Shown here one piece after another: positions 46,180 to 55,849 of a stretch of 64,000 nucleotides of DNA. The stretch's first letter is position 1, and each line of letters starts with the position of its first letter. The notes under the pieces were generated by a model. The model made no database searches. It saw only the letters and a program-made list of their open reading frames with translations, and was not told the origin of the DNA. Source of the stretch: an uncultured Peptoniphilaceae bacterium (GTDB lineage: Bacteria > Bacillota > Clostridia > Tissierellales > Peptoniphilaceae); the NCBI GenBank assembly GCA_964346245.1, contig CAYFUF010000005.1:250-64249 (forward strand), written 5' to 3'. Made by a program: the position numbers and the translations under genes.

Positions 46180-46869
46180 TCATTCAACGCTAATCCTGTC
46201 TTTAATCTGCTCGAAGATTTTCTCTCCAATACCAGAAACTTCCATAATCTCTTCGATAGAGTAAAAGGGCGCCTCTTCTCTGTAAGCAACAATAGCTTGA
46301 GCTTTAGCTTCTCCAATACCGGGCAGGCTGACTAATTCCTCTATGGTCGCCGTATTGATATTGATGATAGCTAAAGCGTCTTCCTGCGAATCGGTATGTT
46401 CAACCACGTTATGTAGGTTACCTTGTTGGTCTGGTGACAGCCCATTGTCTTCTAGTTGCGCCACTTCCTCCTGGGTAGGAACCCAAATCTTCATCTCGTC
46501 TTGCAGCTTAGCAGACAGGTTAATAAAAGCCAGACTTCCTGTATCAGAAACTCCACCCGCTTGGTCAAGAGCATCCTGTACCCGGTCTCCTTCGTGGAGC
46601 TTGTAGAGACCTGGTGATTGAACAGCCCCGTCAACGTGAACAAATATCTCAATCGGCCCTGTGCCCTGCTCGTTCACTGCTAGCGTTTCATCCACAGACG
46701 CTGTAACCTCTGTTGGCTTAACTAGAGCAAGCTGCTCACTGGATTCAGCACCTTGAACCGCTTGTAGGTCAGGCTCAGGTGCAGGTCTAGACTGCAGCCA
46801 GCCAAAGATGGCAAACACTGCGATCAATAGGACAATAATTATCTTTTCTACTTTATCTTTATCTAACAT
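46180..46869 (-). CDS. comEA: ComEA-family DNA receptor (TM anchor, SLBB-like domain, tandem HhH)
   Basis: 229 aa with C-terminal ININTATIEELVSLPGIGEAKAQAIVAYR...VSGIGEKIFEQIK. Confidence 0.88.
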   Translation of the reverse strand: MLDKDKVEKIIIVLLIAVFAIFGWLQSRPAPEPDLQAVQGAESSEQLALVKPTEVTASVDETLAVNEQGTGPIEIFVHVDGAVQSPGLYKLHEGDRVQDALDQAGGVSDTGSLAFINLSAKLQDEMKIWVPTQEEVAQLEDNGLSPDQQGNLHNVVEHTDSQEDALAIININTATIEELVSLPGIGEAKAQAIVAYREEAPFYSIEEIMEVSGIGEKIFEQIKDRISVE

Positions 46870-46896
46870 ACTGCCTTCCTCAGGGAAGGCGGTGCT

Positions 46897-47220
46897 TTAT
46901 TTCCACAAGCCTTCCAAATTATAGAATTCTCTTTGGTCAGCGGTAAAGATATGAACAATTGTGTCACCGAAATCTAGCAGGATCCATTGCCCTTCGCGGT
47001 AACCTTCCACGGTTTTCGTCGTAAAGCCTTCATCCTTCATTTTTTCTTCGATTTGGTCAGCAATCGCTTGTGTGTGGTTAATATTTCGACCCGTGACGAT
47101 AACAAAGTAATCACAGATACCCGCCCTTTGATCGATATCAAGGACCTTGATATCTTGACCTAACTTATCATCAGCTGCTTTTACGATAATATCAACCGTA
47201 TCTTTAATTTTTCCTACCAA
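46897..47220 (-). CDS. rsfS: Ribosome silencing factor RsfS
   Basis: 107 aa from a TTG start, with the pattern DYFVIVTGRNINHTQAIAD...WILLDFGDTIVHIF. Confidence 0.88.
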   Translation of the reverse strand: MVGKIKDTVDIIVKAADDKLGQDIKVLDIDQRAGICDYFVIVTGRNINHTQAIADQIEEKMKDEGFTTKTVEGYREGQWILLDFGDTIVHIFTADQREFYNLEGLWK

Positions 47221-47243
47221 ATTTGATTTCCTTTCTTTAATTA

Positions 47244-47906
47244 TTACAGTTTTATTTTCTCAAGACGTTCCATATTTCCCTTTTTTAACAGGGCGTTTCT
47301 CGTTTCTATCGTCCGAATATCGATCAATTCATTATTATCTAGAAGGTAGGATAATGTTTGACTGATTGCTGCGTAGACACCTACATCTAAATCTTCTATT
47401 GCTAATTCTCTCAGCTTATCCAAGTTAGGAAGTTTTCTTCCCTCTTCCACCATATCAGCTAAGTAGACTACTTGACTGACCTTGTCCATATCTGCCGCAC
47501 CAGTCGTGTGGTTTCGGATTGCATTGAGAATCACAGGATCTGTGATTCCATACTCCACTTGAGCAACGAAGTAACCTAATTCAGCATGAAAGACCTTAGA
47601 ACTTGACCAGTCCTCTTCTTTCATCAGTCCTTCCACTACTGCTTGAGCAAAATACGCTCTTTCTTTATGCTTGGCACAATCATGTAAAAGAGCTGCAATC
47701 TTGCATTGGTCAACATCGACCTCATGAATTTTAGCCAGATACATGGCTGTTCTAACCACATTTAATATATGTTGGAAGCGGTGCTTGCTCACGTCTTGTT
47801 CTAGCTTAACTAGCCACTCTTTATAGACTCCTTGGTCTAAGAAAGCTAAACTCTCCTCTTGGCAAGCTGCAACAAAACTATCCTCCTGGTCAACTGCCTT
47901 AGTCAT
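47244..47906 (-). CDS. yqeK: HD-domain protein YqeK (bis(5'-nucleosyl)-tetraphosphatase type)
   Basis: Start trimmed to ATG 47906, overlapping nadD by 8 nt. The HD motif is LLHDCAK. The position nadD-yqeK-rsfS matches Bacillus synteny. Confidence 0.85.
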   Translation of the reverse strand: MTKAVDQEDSFVAACQEESLAFLDQGVYKEWLVKLEQDVSKHRFQHILNVVRTAMYLAKIHEVDVDQCKIAALLHDCAKHKERAYFAQAVVEGLMKEEDWSSSKVFHAELGYFVAQVEYGITDPVILNAIRNHTTGAADMDKVSQVVYLADMVEEGRKLPNLDKLRELAIEDLDVGVYAAISQTLSYLLDNNELIDIRTIETRNALLKKGNMERLEKIKL

Positions 47907-48573
47907 ATAAACCTTCTTTCTCAATATAGTTGAGCACCTTGTCTGGTATGAGGTAGCGGACATCTATACCTTCTTGTAGATAGTTCCTAAGTTTGGTTGA
48001 CGAGATGTCCACTGGAAACTCATCGATCACATGAATGTGATATCCTCTTTTCCGTAAAAAATCAAGCTGATCAGTGAACGCTCTCTTTTCTAGTTTGTAA
48101 TCTTCAAAGGCAATATCCTGAGAATTCGGCCTCTTGATGACTGCAATGTCAATGAGGCTTAGAAGCTCCTCCCACTTGTACCAGGTTTCAATCTGCAGAA
48201 GGCTGTCCTCACCCATCATATAAAAGAATTGGGCATCGGGCCGATCTTCCATCAAGGAGAGGATAGTATTTAAGGTGTAGTTTACTTCCTTGGAATGTAT
48301 TTCTCTTTCATCGATGACGAAGCGGCTGTTGTCCTCGATGGCAAGCTTAAGCATTGCCAGGCGGTGGTCTGCTGTCTTTGACCTGTTCTCCTTATGAGGA
48401 GGGGCATAAGCGGGAATAAAGACCACCTTTTCTAAATCCAATAGGTGGTAAGCACTTTCAGCAGAAATCAGGTGGCCGATGTGGATTGGATCGAAGGTAC
48501 CTCCATAGATACCAATTCTTGCCTTTTCCACTCCGGGGTCCTCATCTCTTCCTATCGTCTGTCTTCTATCCAA
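47899..48573 (-). CDS. nadD: Nicotinate-nucleotide adenylyltransferase
   Basis: Motif GIYGGTFDPIHIGH. TTG 48573 has a good RBS (AAGGAG, 6-nt spacer). GTG at 48531 is an alternative start. Confidence 0.88.
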   Translation of the reverse strand: MDRRQTIGRDEDPGVEKARIGIYGGTFDPIHIGHLISAESAYHLLDLEKVVFIPAYAPPHKENRSKTADHRLAMLKLAIEDNSRFVIDEREIHSKEVNYTLNTILSLMEDRPDAQFFYMMGEDSLLQIETWYKWEELLSLIDIAVIKRPNSQDIAFEDYKLEKRAFTDQLDFLRKRGYHIHVIDEFPVDISSTKLRNYLQEGIDVRYLIPDKVLNYIEKEGLYD

Positions 48574-48602
48574 TGGTGGCTCCTTATGGTTTAAGAAAAA
48601 CG

Positions 48603-48878
48603 CTACTTATCCTCTTCGCTCTCGCGATAGAGGACAATTTTCGATCCTAACTGGGAAACAAATTCTGCTCCCGTCTCTTCCAATAGTTCATCGACGATAT
48701 CTTTGGCTTCCAAGCCACTGGATTCCAAAATCGTAATCTTGACCAATTCATTTGCTGTTAGCTGTTGATCAATATCTTTAAACACATTCTCTGCCAGACC
48801 GTTCTTGCCAATAATCACGGTAGGACGAATAGTATTTGCTTTTGCTTTTAATTGACTTCTTTCTTTTCCTGTTAACAA
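48603..48878 (-). CDS. yhbY: YhbY-type (CRM domain) RNA-binding protein
   Basis: 91 aa: LTGKERSQLKAKANTIRPTVIIGKNGL...ELVKI... Confidence 0.88.
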   Translation of the reverse strand: MLTGKERSQLKAKANTIRPTVIIGKNGLAENVFKDIDQQLTANELVKITILESSGLEAKDIVDELLEETGAEFVSQLGSKIVLYRESEEDK

Positions 48879-48903
48879 AATATCACCACTTTCTACAATA
48901 TCG

Positions 48904-48939
48904 AAAAAGGATGAGGAGGCAGACGCCTGTGCTCATCCT
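48904..48939 (-). terminator. Intrinsic terminator after the DUF308-like gene
   Basis: AGGATGAG-16 nt-CTCATCCT followed by TTTTT on the minus strand. Confidence 0.65.
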
Positions 48940-48977
48940 ACTTCTTATTCATTATACAATCATTAGCGGCCATCCGT

Positions 48978-49634
48978 CTAATCCTTTAATTGCTTTTGAG
49001 ACTTGTAATCGTCCAGCTCATCCTCATAGCCAATTACGCCCGTACTAGAATAACGGTTGCGGTTAACACTCTCTGCTAACTTGCCCAGGTTCAAAATCGT
49101 AAAAGCATTGATACCGGTAACAACTAGCATGAAGATACCACATAGACGGATATAAAAATCGTCGACTTTATTGGACATGGCCAAAATATAGACGCCAGCC
49201 AAAACTGCTACCAAACAGAAAATCATCGTAATCCACCAGTTGGCCATCCGCTGCTTATACTGGGTGAAAGCAATTTGGAAGTAGCAACCAGCATGGTAAA
49301 AAAACAGGATTCCTGCTACAGATGTTATGGCTGCATCGATTGACTCGACTTCCATTAATAAAAACAGGGCAAAGGCAATCGCTACAAAAGCTAAACCCAA
49401 CTGCATGCCCGCTGCTCTCTTCTCCTCATCAGACCGTAGGAAGTCGAAGATTTGCAAAAGACCTATAACTAGGAGAACGACTGAAGCGATATTGATGATG
49501 ATGTCCATAGAAAGAGCAGGGTCAATCGTAAACAAAAGTCCGAACACTAAGCTGATTACGCCTAAGATAAATAACTGCCTTTGGAGTCTATCCTCCACAT
49601 ACTGCATATCGATAATCTTGCTATTTTTAGCCAT
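48978..49634 (-). CDS. HdeD/DUF308-like membrane protein
   Basis: 218 aa with six evenly spaced TM helices and a short polar C-terminal tail. The family call rests on topology only. Confidence 0.55.
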   Translation of the reverse strand: MAKNSKIIDMQYVEDRLQRQLFILGVISLVFGLLFTIDPALSMDIIINIASVVLLVIGLLQIFDFLRSDEEKRAAGMQLGLAFVAIAFALFLLMEVESIDAAITSVAGILFFYHAGCYFQIAFTQYKQRMANWWITMIFCLVAVLAGVYILAMSNKVDDFYIRLCGIFMLVVTGINAFTILNLGKLAESVNRNRYSSTGVIGYEDELDDYKSQKQLKD

Positions 49635-49719
49635 TCCTACCTCCTCATTACTTCAGTATTACTTCTAAACCTATTCTACCCTTTAATGAGAAGTCATTCA
49701 CGATTTTTCAGGAATCGAC

Positions 49720-50649
49720 CTAAGGCTGCAAGGCAAGGAAGCTGATCTGATAACTTGTTCCTTCCCTCTTCCCGTAGCAGTAACCACTAGGGCTTAGAGG
49801 AGATAGACTATCATAGACCTCATCAAGCAGCAAATGCTCTGGATTGCCTTGATAGGCTAAACTGACTCCGCCTTCAACCTGTACCTGCTGTATCTCCTCA
49901 AACGCCTGTTTATTGGCCTCTACTGCCTCCATCACCAATAAGCACTCATCTTCTTCTCCATCTATTGTTCCAGCCTGTTCTTCCCATTCACCACCAATGA
50001 TTTCCTGGTAGTTACCCATCTTATTGTAGCGAAGAATCAGGCCTTCCTTTTGCGCCAAAAAGCCCTCCTCATCAACGAGGATATGGTCAAACTTCTGGCT
50101 TAAGGGATACGCTGTTTCATCAGCCAAATAAACGCCCTCCTCATCCGCAAATATCAGGTGCTGGTGATAAACGCCTAGATAGTTAGCCTGCCCCATATCC
50201 CTTGTTCGATAAAAGCCTAATAGGTCAAGCTTGAATGCCCGGTAAGTTTCCCCATCCTTCTTCTCCACCAAGGGGTAGTCTTCCAGAAGGCGGTAGGCTT
50301 CCCTGTAGATTCGCTTGTCCATATAAGCTTCAACAAGCTGGAAAAGTAAATCCAGGTCTTCTTCAAGGGTGAGTTTATCCTTTGCACGTTTTTCCGCTTC
50401 CCAAACTTGACCTAGTTTTACATGGGCAACCACCTCAATGCGGATTAGCTCCTGGTCCTCACTTCTCTCCCCCTGCAAAAGGGCTAACACTTCCTCATAA
50501 AGACCGCCTTCAAAGAGGGTTGTCACTTCCCTTTTCAAACTGCTTTTTTGCTTGCTCGCTGCCTCATGTTTACTCTGGATGGAAAACAATGACCAAGAGA
50601 AAAATATTGTAAATAGCAAGATAGGGGTCAATACTCTAATCTTTCTCAT
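49720..50649 (-). CDS. Secreted or anchored protein, helical (TPR-like) N-half plus beta-repeat C-half; last gene of the pilus operon
   Basis: I preferred the start at MRKIRVLTPILLFTIFFSWSLFSI (50649; ATG 50664 is also possible), which gives a signal/anchor helix. The protein has no recognisable catalytic motif. It overlaps the upstream gene. Confidence 0.6.
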   Translation of the reverse strand: MRKIRVLTPILLFTIFFSWSLFSIQSKHEAASKQKSSLKREVTTLFEGGLYEEVLALLQGERSEDQELIRIEVVAHVKLGQVWEAEKRAKDKLTLEEDLDLLFQLVEAYMDKRIYREAYRLLEDYPLVEKKDGETYRAFKLDLLGFYRTRDMGQANYLGVYHQHLIFADEEGVYLADETAYPLSQKFDHILVDEEGFLAQKEGLILRYNKMGNYQEIIGGEWEEQAGTIDGEEDECLLVMEAVEANKQAFEEIQQVQVEGGVSLAYQGNPEHLLLDEVYDSLSPLSPSGYCYGKREGTSYQISFLALQP

Positions 50650-51766
50650 CAGGATCCTCCACAAACTTTTTCTCCTGGTAGCTAATTTCGATATCTATTC
50701 CGTTCTCTTCTGCTAACTGCCTGATAATCTGATCAAGCTCAGCCTGGAAAAGTTTAGCCTCCTCGGGCACAATCATGTGAAGCTTGAGGGTCATCCCGGG
50801 GCTTAGGTCTATCAGCTGTCCCCCTTCTAGCTCAACCTGGTCATGCTTGTGGAAGTTATCTTTCATCTTTTGGATACGGTTGTTGATTGCCTTTTCTAAG
50901 CCCTGCCTTTTCAAGGTATAGTCCTTGGGATCCGTTCCCTGACCGCTAGCATAGGTCTTGGCGAAAATCTGCAGGGAGAAAACTTCCTCCAACGTGTTTG
51001 GCTCATAGTAAACATCGAATCCCTTGCCTGCTTTGATGGCTTGGCCGGAAGCCTTGGTCCTATGTTTTAGTGCGAAGTGGCGCCCCCTAGCAAAGGATGA
51101 TTCATCCCATATGCTGGAAGCTTCTCCTTCCTCTTCGTTGCTTTCCTTATTCTTATCATCTGTTAGAACTAGCTCAGCCTCTGGTAACCGCCACAGGCCT
51201 GTCGCCGATTCTTGGGCGATACTTAGGCTTGACCAATTGCTAACTGGAAGAGGTAAATCCAGTTGATAGCTGAGTTCTAGATTTAACATCTGCTTATCGG
51301 TATCCACATCCAAAACCCAGTCCAGCCCACTCAGGGTCCCTTGGTCATAGAGAATACCAAAGTTTGTTTCCTCCCCTTCCAAATAGTTGAACAGGAGTTT
51401 TGTCAAATACGCCTTACTGGGATTGAGAACGGAGGTGAAGGCGCTCATAGTCTTCTCAAGACCGATCCAATTGTCCTCCTTATCTTTAGTAGTCTGCTGA
51501 AAGACCGCTGAACCCAAAACCAATTCGACCTCCTCCACTTGGTTACCTAGGGCATCGGCAAAAGTAATCTGGCTTGCGACTTCTAAGGTAACCTGGTCTA
51601 AGGCATGAGAAACCATTGATTGGATGCGAAGAAGCTGTAGAAAACTGATCCAGATAAAACTAATGAGAATAAAGGCAAAAAGACCTAGGGCAGCTTCGAT
51701 GGTCATGCTGCCCGTTTCAACGCCTAACCTATCCTCCCTTTTACCGCTTTGCTTCAGACTGGTCAT
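50636..51766 (-). CDS. TadE-like pseudopilin N-terminus fused to a roughly 330-aa domain of unknown function
   Basis: 376 aa. The N-terminus ...GVETGSMTIEAALGLFAFILISFIWISF has Gly, then Glu at +5, then a hydrophobic helix, as in TadE-class prepilins. The rest has no motif I recognise. Confidence 0.65.
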   Translation of the reverse strand: MTSLKQSGKREDRLGVETGSMTIEAALGLFAFILISFIWISFLQLLRIQSMVSHALDQVTLEVASQITFADALGNQVEEVELVLGSAVFQQTTKDKEDNWIGLEKTMSAFTSVLNPSKAYLTKLLFNYLEGEETNFGILYDQGTLSGLDWVLDVDTDKQMLNLELSYQLDLPLPVSNWSSLSIAQESATGLWRLPEAELVLTDDKNKESNEEEGEASSIWDESSFARGRHFALKHRTKASGQAIKAGKGFDVYYEPNTLEEVFSLQIFAKTYASGQGTDPKDYTLKRQGLEKAINNRIQKMKDNFHKHDQVELEGGQLIDLSPGMTLKLHMIVPEEAKLFQAELDQIIRQLAEENGIDIEISYQEKKFVEDPDEKD

Positions 51767-52445
51767 GATGGATGCCTCTTTCGACTATATCCCTTAGAAT
51801 AGGGGTTAAATAGATAGCATCATAGTCGTAATTTGCATAAGCATGGACCGTAATTAGCCGGTATCCAAGCTCAGCACTAGGCAGGTAGAAGGTTGCACTC
51901 TGAATATCCAAACTATTCGATAAGGTCTCACTTTTCGCTTTGCCTTTCCTAAAGATTAGGGGGCCAACCTCTTCGAAGTATGCTTTAGCCTTTTCTCCAT
52001 AAGTCAGAAGCTCGGACCAATCTTCTGTTTGTTCAGACCAGGTAAGCTCTGTAGAATAGGCAATCTCTCCCCGAGCAAAAGAAGGTGCTTCCTCAGTAAA
52101 ATTATGATCAAAGGCAGCCAAAGTCTTCTCCAATTGGTCAAGGTCGTTGGGAATCTGGTTGAATTCATCGGAAACTTCTGCATAGATACAGATGCGCCGC
52201 TCTGGATCGGTATAGAAACAACCATAGGGTTGATCATTGACCCACCAGTCCTCAGGCAAAAAAAGCTCCACATCATAAATCAGACTTCTTTGCGTCAACT
52301 CCCCTGACCAAGAGGGGGCGTCCCCATCGAAGATGACTTCTTCATTACCGCTAGCTGTTTGTGCTGAATCGACCTTTTCCTCATCACTTCCACAAGCTTG
52401 CAATAAAGCTACTATAAGAACCAACAAAACTATCTTAATCTTCAT
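51741..52445 (-). CDS. Lipoprotein of unknown function
   Basis: Start trimmed to ATG 52445, which forms an ATGA overlap with the upstream stop. The signal peptide has a lipobox: MKIKIVLLVLIVALLQAC|GSDEEK. Confidence 0.7.
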   Translation of the reverse strand: MKIKIVLLVLIVALLQACGSDEEKVDSAQTASGNEEVIFDGDAPSWSGELTQRSLIYDVELFLPEDWWVNDQPYGCFYTDPERRICIYAEVSDEFNQIPNDLDQLEKTLAAFDHNFTEEAPSFARGEIAYSTELTWSEQTEDWSELLTYGEKAKAYFEEVGPLIFRKGKAKSETLSNSLDIQSATFYLPSAELGYRLITVHAYANYDYDAIYLTPILRDIVERGIHHDQSEAKR

Positions 52446-55420
52446 TTTCCATATCCCTCTTTCCACTTTTCTTCAATTCGCCAACGGTTCTTTCTCACGA
52501 AGCTTTCCTCTGGTGCTCGAAGAGTTAAACTCCCATCTATATTATTCAAAAAGAAGATGCTTACATCAACAGCGATATCCTGTTCAACCTCTGTCGCCGC
52601 CTGTAAGATATCTAGGCTTTCGATTTCCATTTGGATTGCCATCGACGTGTTGACCAATAGTTCTCGCTTACCTTGTTCACTTGCCATCTTCATGAGAAGG
52701 ACAAACAGCAGGTAGTCCTCATAGGTTAATGTCATGGAAGCAGCTACGGATATATCTGCTGACAAGCTACCACCACCTAGGTCCTGAGTAAATCCATCCA
52801 ACCAGCCTTGAACTGCCTCCTTAGTGACTTTCTCCCCCTTCTCTCTAAGGCCTTCCAAGGAGTTAAGCCACTTATCTGTCAACTGATCCACTTTCGTATT
52901 CACGACTTCAAGGACTGGGGCAAGCAGGTTATCGACGAGCTGTTTCGCCTCCGACAAGATTCCTTCTGTGATGCCGCCACTATCAAACTTTTTCTGGTAG
53001 ACCTGGTCAACCTGGTCCACAAAGGCAGCTTTTCTCGCTTTGAGATCCTGCAAGGCGCTGCTATAAGCATCACCCACAGCCCCCTCCATGGAGTAGGACG
53101 ACAAAGATGACATCATGTCATCGAACTTATTACTGATTTCCTGCTTGCTGGTATCTATCTGAGTGAGGATTCCCTGTACAAAGGATTGCAGGGGATTGGT
53201 CAGGGCATCCTCCACTGTCTGCAAGGCTGAATTCTTAATCTCATTCAAACTGTCCTTGCTGACTTCGCCAAGGGCTTCAATACCGCTAGCTAACTCATCT
53301 TCAACGAGATTGAAGAGGTCTTCAACCATGTCATTCGCTATAGCTTTGATGCCAGATATGGAGAATCGCCAAGTATTTCTCGTCTTGATGATAGGCAGGT
53401 CGTCACCACTAGTCAAATCCCCCATGTCTAGCCAGGTCTCACCCACTGCAGCTATGACTAACAGCACGGTTTTAACAAAAGGAACACCAAAGCCCGTCCA
53501 ACCAGCTAAGCCAAAAGCAATTAAGGAGGCTTCTTGGCGGAGGTCTGCGGAAGTGAACGCGTAGAGCATGTTGGTAATCAGGCGCAGTCCACTGATCCAA
53601 TTTTCCGCCGTCCTTAGGTTACCTTGAATGTTATCTTTACCGAAGAGAATAAACTCCAACTCTGCCCCATAGAGCGTACGCTCACTCATGCTTGTCCCAG
53701 TCAAACTGATGTCAGCTGACTTATCCTCTTGGCTTCGTAAAGCTGATAAGCGATGGCTAAACATCCCCCGCCAGTAGCCAAGAAGAGATAAGGTTTCTTT
53801 AGCGGCCGTTGCAAGATTTGCCTCCTCCAACAGATAAGCAACATCATCCATCTGACCAATTGCCCCATCAACGTAAGCTTCGTCCCCACCACCCTGCAAG
53901 TCAGCGATACTAAAGGCCTTCTGCCCCGACTTGTATGCATCGAAAGCGGACTTGTCGCTGGGGCCGATTCCATAGTCTCCAATACTGCCCGTGATAAGAG
54001 GTAAGTTCTTTCTAGCCGCTTTCTTCGCTTCTGCTTTCGCTTTCCTTTTCTTATTCCAGGAACTGATGAACTCGAGTATGCCCGTCCGGCCCTCCTGGCT
54101 GCTGTGCTCAAGCTCTACTTGCATCTTCTGAGCAGTCTCTTGGAACTCAACCTTTCTTTCCCAGTTTCCTCCTGATTGGTAAAAAAGGCTCTCCACAGCA
54201 TCATGAAAAGCTTGTTCTTGTTGATTACCAGCCTTGTCCGTAAGATGAGTAAAGGGTGCTTCATCAAAGAGAACAAACCAATCTTGCACAGAGAACTTGC
54301 GGATTAACTTGTCCTCATAAGTTAAGTTGGACCAGATAATGCCCTGTTCATGAAGCAAATCTTCTGCTTCAACTAAATCCTCTTTTAGGGCTTCCATCTC
54401 GACAGTATCGCCCGGTTTATGGGTGGCATAGTAGTCACCCCGAAGCGATTGGGCTAACTCACCAGCAGGCAAGCTATCGATAGCTTGACCCCATTCGTAA
54501 TAAGCTTGATCCAGGTCTGTCGCAGGAGTCACTAGCGCTTCCAGTTGTCTGATGGAAGATGCTGCGCTGTTTTCAGCTGAGACCATTGCCTGCAGGGTTT
54601 CCGTATAGTAGCTCGAGATTTTTTGCAAGCTAGTCTTAGCAGCATCTTCTAACTCTTTCGATAAACCCTCTGTCTCAGTCGGTCTAGAAGACTTGTACAC
54701 TAGGAAGAGGTCATATAGATTTGTATAGATGGGAAGCATCCTCTCCTTAATGGATGGAATCGACTTAACAAGACCTTGGTCTTTTTCACTAGGCTCTCTA
54801 TCTAGGGCCCTATCAATCATCTTGTTACCGTCATTTTCTGCCATCGTCTTCCACTGGCTGGACAGGTCTTCAATCTTTCCCTGCACGCTATTGAGTTTCT
54901 TTTCGAAATCTATCTTCGACTTGAAGCTATCGACAGCTTGACTTGCCCGCTGATAGAAGGAGAACTTAGACAGTACGGCATCAACACCTCTAATGGGCAG
55001 CTGCCAATCCATCATGCCTAAGATTTCCTCCTCCAAAATATCTGGATTGGCTAAAATCTTGTCCTTGACAGGCTTCGCATCGATGCTTATCAACTCTGTG
55101 TTAAGGGAGTTGTCCCTATCATCCTTGTTTAGTCTCGTATTGAGTCTTGCCTCTAAAGCCATCTTGCCTTTCGCTTGTGCCTCCTCGAAGTCACTGATGG
55201 CAAACAGGCCGTACTCTTCAAAGAGCTCTTCATCATAATGGGACAGCATAGCGTTGGATGACAGGCGAAGAGCATCCAAGGTATCTGCTTTGGCTGATTC
55301 AATCATGGCCAAATCGTAGAGAACGCCTGTAAAGAGGAAGACAATAAGTATAAGCAAGGCAAGAAAGACGCTGATTGCGCCTTGTTCTTTCCTTGCTAGA
55401 TTACAGATATAGTCAGCCAT
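52442..55420 (-). CDS. Giant TadG-like pilus-associated protein (992 aa)
   Basis: The N-terminus KEQGAISVFLALLILIVFLFTGVLYDLAMIESAKADTLDALR fits the TadE/G-like 'Tad' N-terminal pattern. An internal hydrophobic pair is present (ASLIAFGLAGWTGFGVPFVKTVLLVIAAVGE). The C-terminal third is amphipathic helical repeats. Confidence 0.7.
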   Translation of the reverse strand: MADYICNLARKEQGAISVFLALLILIVFLFTGVLYDLAMIESAKADTLDALRLSSNAMLSHYDEELFEEYGLFAISDFEEAQAKGKMALEARLNTRLNKDDRDNSLNTELISIDAKPVKDKILANPDILEEEILGMMDWQLPIRGVDAVLSKFSFYQRASQAVDSFKSKIDFEKKLNSVQGKIEDLSSQWKTMAENDGNKMIDRALDREPSEKDQGLVKSIPSIKERMLPIYTNLYDLFLVYKSSRPTETEGLSKELEDAAKTSLQKISSYYTETLQAMVSAENSAASSIRQLEALVTPATDLDQAYYEWGQAIDSLPAGELAQSLRGDYYATHKPGDTVEMEALKEDLVEAEDLLHEQGIIWSNLTYEDKLIRKFSVQDWFVLFDEAPFTHLTDKAGNQQEQAFHDAVESLFYQSGGNWERKVEFQETAQKMQVELEHSSQEGRTGILEFISSWNKKRKAKAEAKKAARKNLPLITGSIGDYGIGPSDKSAFDAYKSGQKAFSIADLQGGGDEAYVDGAIGQMDDVAYLLEEANLATAAKETLSLLGYWRGMFSHRLSALRSQEDKSADISLTGTSMSERTLYGAELEFILFGKDNIQGNLRTAENWISGLRLITNMLYAFTSADLRQEASLIAFGLAGWTGFGVPFVKTVLLVIAAVGETWLDMGDLTSGDDLPIIKTRNTWRFSISGIKAIANDMVEDLFNLVEDELASGIEALGEVSKDSLNEIKNSALQTVEDALTNPLQSFVQGILTQIDTSKQEISNKFDDMMSSLSSYSMEGAVGDAYSSALQDLKARKAAFVDQVDQVYQKKFDSGGITEGILSEAKQLVDNLLAPVLEVVNTKVDQLTDKWLNSLEGLREKGEKVTKEAVQGWLDGFTQDLGGGSLSADISVAASMTLTYEDYLLFVLLMKMASEQGKRELLVNTSMAIQMEIESLDILQAATEVEQDIAVDVSIFFLNNIDGSLTLRAPEESFVRKNRWRIEEKWKEGYGK

Positions 55421-55429
55421 CCTAAGCTC

Positions 55430-55849
55430 CTACTTTCCTCGTTTGATCTCCTCTAGCCAAGCTTGGAGACTCTGCAGATGCCAAAGGTCCCAATCGCTCT
55501 CATTGACAAAGCTCTTCACTTGCTGGATGATTTGGACTTCTCCTCCGCTATTAAAGGGAATATGGGCGCCAACAGAAGTCTGCCTGTTAGCCTCTCTTTT
55601 ATGAAAGAGCAGACCACTTTCTTTGGTGGGCCTGTCGACTAACCTGGTTTCCTCTAGGTCTCCTCTGAACCTCTCTACTTCTTCTATACGAAGGTTGGCG
55701 TAATCTACGTTCGCCCTCCAATAGATAAGGGACAAGAGGAGGAGGAAGAAGATAACGAGAATGGCAAGGGGGTAGATAAAGGCCGATTCGACCACAGGGA
55801 CAGCCCCCTTGTCCTCCTTCAACTTATAAGCGATTGACCTAAACATCAT
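55430..55849 (-). CDS. TadE-like pseudopilin
   Basis: 139 aa. The N-terminus KEDKGAVPVVESAFIYPLAILVIFFLLLLSLIY has Gly, an acidic residue and a hydrophobic helix. It overlaps the flp-like gene by 4 nt. Confidence 0.65.
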   Translation of the reverse strand: MMFRSIAYKLKEDKGAVPVVESAFIYPLAILVIFFLLLLSLIYWRANVDYANLRIEEVERFRGDLEETRLVDRPTKESGLLFHKREANRQTSVGAHIPFNSGGEVQIIQQVKSFVNESDWDLWHLQSLQAWLEEIKRGK

